Below, one piece after another: positions 56,243 through 64,000 of a stretch of 64,000 nucleotides of DNA (positions are counted from its first letter, which is position 1; each line of letters starts with the position of its first letter). The stretch is from Candidatus Hermodarchaeota archaeon (GTDB lineage: Archaea > Asgardarchaeota > Hermodarchaeia > Hermodarchaeales > Hermodarchaeaceae). The stretch is taken from positions 1 through 64,000 of the forward strand of contig JAEOTB010000010.1 of NCBI GenBank assembly GCA_016840065.1, in the 5' to 3' direction. Below the pieces are notes generated by a model. That model was not told where the DNA came from. It saw only the letters and a list, made by a program, of their open reading frames with translations, and did not search any database. Both the position numbers and the translations under genes were made by a program.

Positions 56243-57604
56243 CTAAGGAACAAGACGTGTACGATCACGAGGGAAGAGACAGGTTTCTCGGATATTCTTG
56301 TAACCGAGCATCTGCATCGTTAGACGTTCCACACCAACAGCAAGCCCCCCGTGCGGCGGGGCACCATATTTGAAAGGCTCGATATAGAAAGCAAAGGTTT
56401 TGGGGTCAAGACCAGCTTCCTTCAGTTTATCTACAAGCATATCATATTGGTGAATTCGTTGACCGCCAGTTGTAATCTCCATTCCTCGATAGACGAGATC
56501 AAATCCTCGAGTAAGGGTGGGATCAGAATCTAGCGGCATCGTATAGAAGGGACGAATTGAAGCAGGATAGCGGGTTAGGAAATAGAAATCCTCTCCAGTC
56601 TCTCGTTTTACATATTGATGCAGCATCTCTTCGCCTTCACTGGAAATATCAATATCAGAGAGTATTTTCAGCCCCTCACTCCTCAAAATTTTCACAGCCT
56701 CTTCTATTTCGATTCGTCGAATCGGGAGGCGTGGTGTCTGAATGTCTACGCCAAGTTCTTTCAGCTCTTCTGAACAATACTTCTGTACGGCTGTAAAGGT
56801 TGATTTCAGCATTTTTTCTTCCATTTGCATGACGTCTTCTTCGTTACGAATCCAAGCCATTTCGAAATCAAAGCTAGTGTACTCGTTCAGATGGCGTGGA
56901 GTATTGTGTTTCTCTGCACGATACACCGGTGCTACTTCATAGACCCTGTCGAAGCCACCTACAAGGCATAGCTGTTTATAGAATTGAGGGCTTTGGGCTA
57001 GGAAGGCCTCTCTTTCAAAGTATTTAACGGAGAACAGGTCGGCTCCTCCTTCAGTCGCTGTTGCAACAATTTTCGGTGTATGAATCTCTCGAAACCCCTT
57101 GGTTTCTAGGAAGCGTCGCATCCGCGAGATTGTAAAATGTTGGATCTTGAAGAGCAATTGGTTTTCATGGCGGCGCAGATCAATAACTCGGTGGTCAAGT
57201 CTGGTGTCTATATCCGCCTTGGTCTTTCCTGATATATCTAGAGGCAGAGTAGCAGGTGCGTGGTTTATGATAACTATGCGTTCAGGTACAATTTCGACAC
57301 CCCGTCGTGCTTGTTCCTCTCTTTTTACCCGTCCTACAATTGCTACAGCATATTCGTTGTCTAGTTTCTCCAAGATTTCCAGTAATTGTGGGTCTGTCCG
57401 TTTGTGATGTAAGATACACTGGGTGAGTCCTTCCCGGTCTCGTATAATTAAGAAGCTAAGCTTCCCGAGTGGTCGGATACGCTGAACGTGTCCCATTATT
57501 GTTACACGTCGACCTTCCATTTCAGGCTTCAATTGAGAGGAGTAGTGGGTTCGGTTAAGCCTACCGAGGGGATTAGCAGGGCTAATAGTTCGTGAAGGGG
57601 TCAT
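56243..57604 (-). CDS. aspS: Aspartyl-tRNA synthetase (archaeal type)
   Basis: RTHYS OB fold, [54 protein letters not shown]. Confidence 0.96.
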   Translation of the reverse strand: MTPSRTISPANPLGRLNRTHYSSQLKPEMEGRRVTIMGHVQRIRPLGKLSFLIIRDREGLTQCILHHKRTDPQLLEILEKLDNEYAVAIVGRVKREEQARRGVEIVPERIVIINHAPATLPLDISGKTKADIDTRLDHRVIDLRRHENQLLFKIQHFTISRMRRFLETKGFREIHTPKIVATATEGGADLFSVKYFEREAFLAQSPQFYKQLCLVGGFDRVYEVAPVYRAEKHNTPRHLNEYTSFDFEMAWIRNEEDVMQMEEKMLKSTFTAVQKYCSEELKELGVDIQTPRLPIRRIEIEEAVKILRSEGLKILSDIDISSEGEEMLHQYVKRETGEDFYFLTRYPASIRPFYTMPLDSDPTLTRGFDLVYRGMEITTGGQRIHQYDMLVDKLKEAGLDPKTFAFYIEPFKYGAPPHGGLAVGVERLTMQMLGYKNIRETCLFPRDRTRLVP

Positions 57605-57653
57605 CGAGAAACGCCTCGCCCTTTCCTAAGCTAATGGCGACTTAAACTTTTAG

Positions 57654-58232
57654 CTAAAGACCAATTAAGCGGCGCAGTTCCTTCATAATTTTATCAATCG
57701 CTGGAGTATTCAGGGCTGCAACCGCTTTCTCGGCAGGCTCGATGAAGTCTTTGAATAGGGATTTAGGAGAACGACCTGCTTGAACCAACTGAAGAGCATG
57801 AAGAACATTGGCCAGCCGATCAGCCGCCTCAACTATGAGGGCTTCTCGACTCGACTGCCCCTGATAATCTTTCCACGCCTCTTCAAGGGGAGGACGAAGC
57901 TTTGAGGGGAGTTCACCAATAAGAGAAGACATTACTTGGTTTTCTGCTTCCCTTTTCACATCAAAAAATTCTTGGAGTTCCTCTGTTGGGTCACGCGGAA
58001 TATCTCCTAGACGAGATTCTGGTAGGTCATGGAACATCGCCATCAAGAATATCCTTTCGATATCTACCTTTTCACCAGTTAATCTGGCTAGAAGATAGGC
58101 AATGACTGTTACTGAATGAGAGTGAGCAGCTACATTTTCCGCAGTAGCTGATGGAATACCACGTAGCAACCAGCCAACTCTTAGAACCCATTTTAGATTA
58201 TCAGCAGCCTGTAAGAAATCAAGTATACCCAT
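57654..58232 (-). CDS. HD-domain 5'-deoxynucleotidase (YfbR/HDDC2-like)
   Basis: LK...R.GW, ENVAAHS, HDLPESRLGDIP, EA..V..AD.L. Confidence 0.9.
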   Translation of the reverse strand: MGILDFLQAADNLKWVLRVGWLLRGIPSATAENVAAHSHSVTVIAYLLARLTGEKVDIERIFLMAMFHDLPESRLGDIPRDPTEELQEFFDVKREAENQVMSSLIGELPSKLRPPLEEAWKDYQGQSSREALIVEAADRLANVLHALQLVQAGRSPKSLFKDFIEPAEKAVAALNTPAIDKIMKELRRLIGL

Positions 58233-58255
58233 TTGAAAACACCAACTAGTTACGA

Positions 58256-58648
58256 TTATTTAAAGAGCTTTGATATTTCTCTACCAAAATGCCTAAACAC
58301 TGAAACAGTATGTCCAAGTGCTTCAATTTTAACCCCTGCGCCAATCAGAACAAGTGGCCCAGCGTCAGTAACAATGATATAGCCCTTTTCTCCCCGAACA
58401 ATGAGTTCGTATAATGGATCAAATTTCAACTTGGTAGCTGCTTCGACTCCAGTCTGTAATAAGACTGCTGAAATTGCCGACATCAAGTCTGGGTCGATAT
58501 CCACTCCTTTTGTTGCGCTATAGGCAACACGCCGTCCACCTTTCGTGACTGCAGCTAGGGTCTCTAACTCGGTGAATTGGGTAATCTCCCGCAGCATCAA
58601 TACTAGTTGCTGTGCTTCGTTCTCGCCCATCACAAACGGTTGCAACAA
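58256..58648 (-). CDS. Roadblock/LC7 domain protein
   Basis: AAVTKGG..VA, D.DLMSAISA.LL..G, ELIVRGEKGYIIV..AG, LG. Confidence 0.9.
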   Translation of the reverse strand: MLQPFVMGENEAQQLVLMLREITQFTELETLAAVTKGGRRVAYSATKGVDIDPDLMSAISAVLLQTGVEAATKLKFDPLYELIVRGEKGYIIVTDAGPLVLIGAGVKIEALGHTVSVFRHFGREISKLFK

Positions 58649-58684
58649 TTTTCCCTCTTTGATGTTAATCTATACCTGCAAGCC

Positions 58685-59503
58685 TTACCTACTAGCCTCC
58701 GTTCCAGAAGATCGCACCAGTTCTGCTAGATGACGTTTTTCAACTTGATACTCCTGTTCTTTGACCTGTTTCAGGAATTCCACAGCTAGTACTTGTCCAT
58801 TCTGAATCACTATTCTAGGAGTGTAACCCTGCGCGAAGAGGACACCTTCAGGTAAGCTATCTATCCGTTGTAGTCGATGGGTTACTGTTCTCTTTCCTAA
58901 AACAGATGTTGCTTCTTCTGTAATAGCAAAGGCGTCAAATCCTACTAGTACAAATTCCCTCCGAAAGCCAGGAACGGGCTCTAGCTGTTTTACTTGTTCG
59001 ATGATTTCCTCACTTGTATGAGGAACCTGAACCGTTTTTTGTCTTGAAGTTTGTGTTGCTGTCCTAGCTGCTACAACGCTACTATAATCAGGACTAGGCT
59101 TTGGAGTCGCAGCTGGTTTCGGTTTTGCTACTGGCTTCGGAGTTGTATCTGACGGCGGTGTGAAGGGAGTTTCTGAGGGTTTTGAGGCCGCATCGTCGGG
59201 ACGTGAGGTAGGCGCTTGACCCATGGCTTGAAGAAACTCCTCATCCTCTTCTCCCGCATCTTCTGACACAATCTTATAAGCCAGCCCTCTACCACCACGA
59301 ATACCCTGTGCAGACCGGGCGGCAATGAATTTCTTCCGGACAGGCGCATCAGCACCTTTCCAAATCCAGATACGCTTCAGCTCATCATCAATGACGATAA
59401 GGACTTGATCTACTTTCATATGAGAGCTAGCAGGTTCATCACCAGTAATCTGATCGACTTCGCCCGTATCTCTAACACTAAGCAATACCAAATTGTCGGC
59501 CAA
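58685..59503 (-). CDS. Asgard gelsolin-domain protein (1DGelX-like)
   Basis: DQVLIVID....IWIWKG..A.VRKKFIAAR.A...D.GEE.EEF gelsolin domain, Pro-rich linker, C-terminal PVPGFRREFVLVG domain. Confidence 0.85.
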   Translation of the reverse strand: MADNLVLLSVRDTGEVDQITGDEPASSHMKVDQVLIVIDDELKRIWIWKGADAPVRKKFIAARSAQGIRGGRGLAYKIVSEDAGEEDEEFLQAMGQAPTSRPDDAASKPSETPFTPPSDTTPKPVAKPKPAATPKPSPDYSSVVAARTATQTSRQKTVQVPHTSEEIIEQVKQLEPVPGFRREFVLVGFDAFAITEEATSVLGKRTVTHRLQRIDSLPEGVLFAQGYTPRIVIQNGQVLAVEFLKQVKEQEYQVEKRHLAELVRSSGTEASR

Positions 59504-59682
59504 CAGAAGTTCAGCTCCAGCTCAATAGTTTACCTTTTGTATTAATAATATAAAGCGTTTATCTACCAACAGCCAAGATATTACAGTAACCAATAACTCG
59601 TACAAAGAAAACTTTTTGTGTTCACACCTCTTAGAAGGCGTAGCGAATTTAAACATCTATCTATTGATTAGGAGAGCATAAT

Positions 59683-60318
59683 ATGCGTCTAATTCTTCTT
59701 GGTGGAATGACTACGGGCATCGCCCTAACTTTACTTGGGATAGCGATATTTCTTGACCCAAGTATCGCCTTTCTTGCCTATCTCGGTTGCGTGGTTTGCA
59801 CAGGGATAGTTGTTGCTTGTGCAGTGGTGAATAGCTTAACGACCTGGCCTGGGTTTGTACACCCTGATGACAGGCTCTGGTCAAACATCCTAGCCTACCT
59901 CCTCACCCTCTTTTCAATTCTTACTCTTGGCCGCTTCCTTAAAGAAGACATACGTGCTGATTGGTGGTTCACTTTACTGTTCAACATTGGTACATTACTC
60001 CTGTTGGCTCTGATTTTAGTCCTAAGCCTTATTGGTTTAAGTGGCAGATTTCGACCGAAGGGTCTCACAGAGAAAGAAAAAGCCAAGGACCGTTCCAAGG
60101 AGGTTGCGTCTCGTCTAATCCTCTTTGCACTACTCGTCGGTGCAGTTATGGCAGCTGGCCAAACAGGCCTAATACTTCTATGGGATTACTTCTATACAAC
60201 GTACGGTTCGCCCCTTAGTTACTACTATATCTCAGTCACTATTGGAAGTCTAACGACTCTAATCCTGTTCAGTCTAGGGATTGTACTACGCGCAAAATAC
60301 GAAGCGGTTCGAACATAG
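59683..60318 (+). CDS. Integral membrane protein (about 6 TM), unknown function
   Basis: Multiple hydrophobic helices; AGGAG ribosome-binding site upstream. Confidence 0.75.
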   Translation: MRLILLGGMTTGIALTLLGIAIFLDPSIAFLAYLGCVVCTGIVVACAVVNSLTTWPGFVHPDDRLWSNILAYLLTLFSILTLGRFLKEDIRADWWFTLLFNIGTLLLLALILVLSLIGLSGRFRPKGLTEKEKAKDRSKEVASRLILFALLVGAVMAAGQTGLILLWDYFYTTYGSPLSYYYISVTIGSLTTLILFSLGIVLRAKYEAVRT

Positions 60319-60388
60319 TAATCACTGAATAATTTAGCTCTGTACAAAGAATGAAGTGGGTTAGCATACAGCAAACTCGCTTCACTTT

Positions 60389-62728
60389 CTAATATCGGAG
60401 GAACGGTTTACCTTTGACAATACGGCTAATAATCGAGTTAATTTTCGCTCGCTTTACAAGGTCTTCAAAGCGCCGTTTAATATGTAGCATATTCACCTTC
60501 TCAGGTTTCACACGAAGTTTCTTGGCTAGTGCTATGAAGAGGCGCTCGAAATCATAGATTAGAAGCCTCTTCTCCTCCTCACCTTCACCGACGGCGAGTC
60601 CCTGCTCAATGGCAACACGCAGCTCGTTTATGTAGTACACCTTCGCCTTTTCAAAGCTCATTTCCTTTTCTTTTATTAGCTCCTGTAAGAAGGGGAGGCC
60701 AAATTTTGACCGGGCTATCTTCTCAAGACGCGCTAAGAGGGCGTTTAGAACGTCATCATGCGACAACTGATCGTAGTCTTCAAGCTTGGTCGGAATCTGT
60801 CTGACAAGTTCCTGATCTTCAGTCAATGAACCAGAAAGTGGTACAGGCTCTGTAGTTATCGTGGTCTGTGTCTTCGGTTTTGGTGTAGTTCTTGTTTTTG
60901 GTTTGGTCCTAGTTCTTGTTTTTGGTTTGGTCCTAGTTCTTGTTCTAGTTCTGGTCTTTGGTGTGGTTTCGGTCTCTACTGTTGGCTCTGGAACTGTAAT
61001 CTTTACTGTCGGCTTTGGCGTAGTGATTTCTACCGTTTTTTGTGGTAGGATTTCTACTGTTGGTTCTTGTGTTGTAATCCTTATTGTCGGCTTTGGCGTA
61101 GTGATTTCTGTAGTTGTTGGCTCGATAGCCGCATGGCTTGGTCTTGGTGCTGCCGGTTCTTGAGTTGGCTTTGGTACACCAGCATCACGGGCCCCTCTTG
61201 GTTTTGGCTCGATAGTTTCATGTGCAACATCAGGTACAGGGGCATCAGTAACTGTCGTCGGTGGGGGAGTTACAGGGTCTTGTTTTGGTATCGCTTTTGG
61301 AGTCTTGAACTGTCGCTTAGCGGTAACCTTTGGAATCTTGGTCTTTGGTTGTTGTTCAGTTGCTGAAGGAGTTTTAGGCACTTGCTCCGTTTTTCCTTTC
61401 AACTGTGGTCTAGGTGTAGGATCCATATCGAAGCTCAGAATTTTCTTACCTTGTGCAAGTCGTTGGACATCATCTTCAGTCAAGGTAAGATGCTGAGTAA
61501 GGAGCCACCGGGTTCTGACGCGAATCATGTTATTCGGTAAAGTAGGATTAACAACAAGGAACCTAGCGAGCGTTAAACGAGAAATCTCGTCGATGAGAGG
61601 TGTTTGGTTCTGCTCACCAATAGATTGGTCCAGCAGATGCTGAATCGTCTTTTGTGATTGCGGCGAAATAATGCGACCTAGTCCTAGAGTATTGAATTGA
61701 TCAAAAGCCTTGTAATCGAGATCCCTAGGAGACTGAGTGGCCACCATACAGATAATACCATACTTTCGGGCTTGACGGAAAAGCATCAGAAATGTATCCT
61801 TAGGACCTGGCTTAAGGGTACCTGCTGGCACAAAAGGCGCAATCTCGTCTGTGAAGAAGATTAGCCTCGGTGTTTTCGATGATCCTTGCTGAAGCATCCA
61901 AGAATACATCTGACTTAGGAGGATGGAAATGAAGAACATCTTCTCCTCCTCGCTCCTTAGTGTTTTCAAGAAGAAGATGTTTAGCGGAGTTTTTCCATCT
62001 ACTTTCTCAATAACTCTTGAGAAGTCGATGGGTTCACCAGTGCTGAAGAGGAGTTGAGAGGTTCCTATCGTTAAGCTGCGTATCGCATGGCTCAAGCGCA
62101 CCCGCTCAGCTGGTTTCATGTACTTATCTAAAGGGATTCCCAGCTCCTCTGGTGTGAGGGCAACCAAATCAGCTAGCTCGGATAAGTTGCTTATTTCACG
62201 CTTTCTGTCCCAGAAGAACTTCAATATCTCAAAGATAACCGCAAAGGCTCGGCTCTCATGAGTTCCTGGCAGTCCTGCGGTTTTAATTAACACTCGAACG
62301 AGTGTACGTGACGAGTTATCTATAATCCGAATTACGTCCTCTGGGTCAGCCTTGCGACTGGGCAAGACAAGTGGGTTAACTGAGATGCGAGAGCCCTTTG
62401 AGCTAGCTGGGGTGAAAATTCGAACCGCGACTTTCTCCTTGAATTCCTCTTGCAGCTCCCGGCTTATACCATTTCTTTCTAGCTCCTCGGGATTACCTGG
62501 CATGGCTAGACTCGCAAGGTCTCCCTGTGGATCAAGAGCAATAATAGGGATTCCATGACGCGCCGCCTCCTCGAGAATAATCTTACAGAAGACGGTTTTA
62601 CCTGAACCTGTCGTTCCAAACGTTCCAAGATGACGCCTAAGCATATTAGCATCGAGATGGACAAGTTTGTCAGTGATTTCCCCGTCTGCAGTAAATTCAT
62701 AGCCAATCCAGAACTTCATCATACACAC
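60389..62728 (-). CDS. HerA/DUF87-like ATPase with long Thr/Pro/Lys-rich repeat linker and C-terminal domain
   Basis: RHLGTFGTTGSGKT, DPQGDLASL, IFTP.S..G, TDEIA, RQARKYG, ATQSP.DLDYK. Confidence 0.85.
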   Translation of the reverse strand: MCMMKFWIGYEFTADGEITDKLVHLDANMLRRHLGTFGTTGSGKTVFCKIILEEAARHGIPIIALDPQGDLASLAMPGNPEELERNGISRELQEEFKEKVAVRIFTPASSKGSRISVNPLVLPSRKADPEDVIRIIDNSSRTLVRVLIKTAGLPGTHESRAFAVIFEILKFFWDRKREISNLSELADLVALTPEELGIPLDKYMKPAERVRLSHAIRSLTIGTSQLLFSTGEPIDFSRVIEKVDGKTPLNIFFLKTLRSEEEKMFFISILLSQMYSWMLQQGSSKTPRLIFFTDEIAPFVPAGTLKPGPKDTFLMLFRQARKYGIICMVATQSPRDLDYKAFDQFNTLGLGRIISPQSQKTIQHLLDQSIGEQNQTPLIDEISRLTLARFLVVNPTLPNNMIRVRTRWLLTQHLTLTEDDVQRLAQGKKILSFDMDPTPRPQLKGKTEQVPKTPSATEQQPKTKIPKVTAKRQFKTPKAIPKQDPVTPPPTTVTDAPVPDVAHETIEPKPRGARDAGVPKPTQEPAAPRPSHAAIEPTTTEITTPKPTIRITTQEPTVEILPQKTVEITTPKPTVKITVPEPTVETETTPKTRTRTRTRTKPKTRTRTKPKTRTTPKPKTQTTITTEPVPLSGSLTEDQELVRQIPTKLEDYDQLSHDDVLNALLARLEKIARSKFGLPFLQELIKEKEMSFEKAKVYYINELRVAIEQGLAVGEGEEEKRLLIYDFERLFIALAKKLRVKPEKVNMLHIKRRFEDLVKRAKINSIISRIVKGKPFLRY
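60886..60944. repeat. In-frame 24-nt tandem repeat (about 2.5 copies, RTKPKTRT)
   Basis: TAGTTCTTGTTTTTGGTTTGGTCC at 60886 and 60910 plus a partial copy at 60934. Confidence 0.9.
60975..61109. repeat. In-frame 57-nt imperfect repeat with 78-nt period (EITTPKPT..IT..EPTVE x2)
   Basis: TCTACTGTTGG...TGTCGGCTTTGGCGTAGTGATTTCT at 60975 and 61053. Confidence 0.85.
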
Positions 62729-62880
62729 TTCAATGCCTTGAGGAATTCCTCTCGATTAGTTACGTCCTCTTTTGTGATAATTCTATTCAAAGGCTTTAAA
62801 CTATCGGTTTGCAAGAGCTAGCAATTATCGAAGTTCATCTATTTCGCAGATACCATTTTTCTTTTAGAATTGGTGTTCTG

Positions 62881-63999
62881 CTAACTTTTTCGCATATGAA
62901 GTGGCGTGATAAACTTGAGTGGGGCTGCCTCTATGGGCTTCAAGTATTTCTGCAGAACCTTTGGAATAAGGATTCGACCATCAGGCTGAAGATTATTCTC
63001 AAGCACTGCTGTAATAGCACGAGTAGTCGCAATCACGGTTGAATTCAATGTGTGTACGAAGCCCTTTGTGGGGTGTCCACGCTTTTCTGCATACCTGATA
63101 TCGAGCCGTGCGGACTGATAGTCAGTGCAGTTACTACAAGAAACCATCTCCCGATACTTGCCCTGGGATGGCATCCACACTTCCATATCATAGGTCTTTG
63201 CAGATACTTGTCCAAGGTCGCCACCACACATGTTCACAATCCTAAAAGGAAGACCAAGAGGCTCCCAAACCTCTTCAACAACCTGGATCATTTTTTCAAT
63301 CCATTCCCAAGAATCATCAGGATGACAGAACACAAACTGCTCAACCTTGGAAAATTGGTGAACACGAAAGATTCCTTTTGTATCCTTACCATGAGCTCCA
63401 GCTTCCTTTCTATAGCAGGGGCTATATCCTGCAAGAAGTAGGGGCAGCTCATCAATCTCAAGGACTTCGCGCATGTATCGTGCAGCAATTGGGTGCTCAG
63501 AGGTCGCAATCAGGTATAAATCGCGGTCTTCTAGTTTGTAAAGAGCATCTTCAAAGGCACCTATGTCTGTAACTCCGCTGTATGCATCATGATTCAATAA
63601 GTGAGGAGGTAAAACAGGAGTGAAACCTCGGCGCGTGATTTCGTCTAGTGCATATAGGCCAAGAGCTTGATTCAACCAAAATATATGATCAAGTAAGAAG
63701 TAGTACCTCGCACCTGTTGTCTTTGCAGCTCGTTCAGTGTCAATAAGACCGGTCTGCTCAGAGATATCATAGTGGCTCAACGGCTGCTCTTCTGTAACGA
63801 TACACTTCACTGAGAGTCCTTGAGCATCAGCTAGAAATTGATCGTGGTGTTCTCGCCAAACCAGTGGTTTACCGATATACTTGACTGGGCGGTTCTCTGT
63901 ATCATCCTTTCCCTCAGGAACACTTTCATGTGCAATGTTTGGGATACTACGAAGTACAGCTGTTCTCTGCTTGTCAATCTTCTCGACCCGTCGTTCTTC
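62881..63999 (-). CDS. serS: Seryl-tRNA synthetase (5' end lies beyond the window)
   Basis: Frame open to the window edge (..IPNIAHESVPEGKDD..), YLIATSEHP, CYRKEAGAHGKDTKGIFRVHQFSKVEQF, SCSNCTDYQS, HTLNST. Confidence 0.96.
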   Translation of the reverse strand, partial: EERRVEKIDKQRTAVLRSIPNIAHESVPEGKDDTENRPVKYIGKPLVWREHHDQFLADAQGLSVKCIVTEEQPLSHYDISEQTGLIDTERAAKTTGARYYFLLDHIFWLNQALGLYALDEITRRGFTPVLPPHLLNHDAYSGVTDIGAFEDALYKLEDRDLYLIATSEHPIAARYMREVLEIDELPLLLAGYSPCYRKEAGAHGKDTKGIFRVHQFSKVEQFVFCHPDDSWEWIEKMIQVVEEVWEPLGLPFRIVNMCGGDLGQVSAKTYDMEVWMPSQGKYREMVSCSNCTDYQSARLDIRYAEKRGHPTKGFVHTLNSTVIATTRAITAVLENNLQPDGRILIPKVLQKYLKPIEAAPLKFITPLHMRKS

Positions 64000-64000
64000 T

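Noticed and set aside
60886-61109. CRISPR array
   Set aside because: The repeats are in-frame coding duplications without unique spacers, and no cas genes are present.

Overview
Gene-dense archaeal chromosomal segment, almost certainly from an Asgard archaeon (lineage not determinable here). Core housekeeping genes (nurA-herA-mre11-rad50, TFB, ABCE1, PolB1, Thr/Leu/Asp/Ser-tRNA synthetases, DGGGP synthase, tRNA-Arg) are mixed with many eukaryotic signature proteins. The centrepiece is a ~11 kb ubiquitin-ESCRT supercluster (41.8-53.0 kb): E1, E2, ubiquitin, RING E3, UEV-Vps23, Vps28, Vps22/36, Vps25, Vps4 and two ESCRT-III. It carries extra genes not in the textbook Asgard set: a 498-aa FYVE-like Zn finger/coiled-coil/PH(GLUE-like)/steadiness-box protein (candidate Vps37 or ESCRT-0-like adaptor), a free-standing duplicate of the Vps28 C-terminal domain, a coiled-coil gene leading the ESCRT-I operon, and a flanking Yip1 protein. 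Other notable items: a Rad50 whose zinc hook is replaced by a hydrophobic hairpin; a divergent actin followed by a ~160-nt pseudoknot-capable structured RNA and three coiled-coil genes; a mu-homology-domain (adaptin-like) protein; a gelsolin-roadblock pair; a tRNA-Arg-like gene missing its anticodon loop; and a duplicated quasi-palindrome at the vps4 start. No CRISPR array, rRNA or mobile element was seen. All family assignments come from visual motif recognition and remembered consensus sequences, not from database searches.
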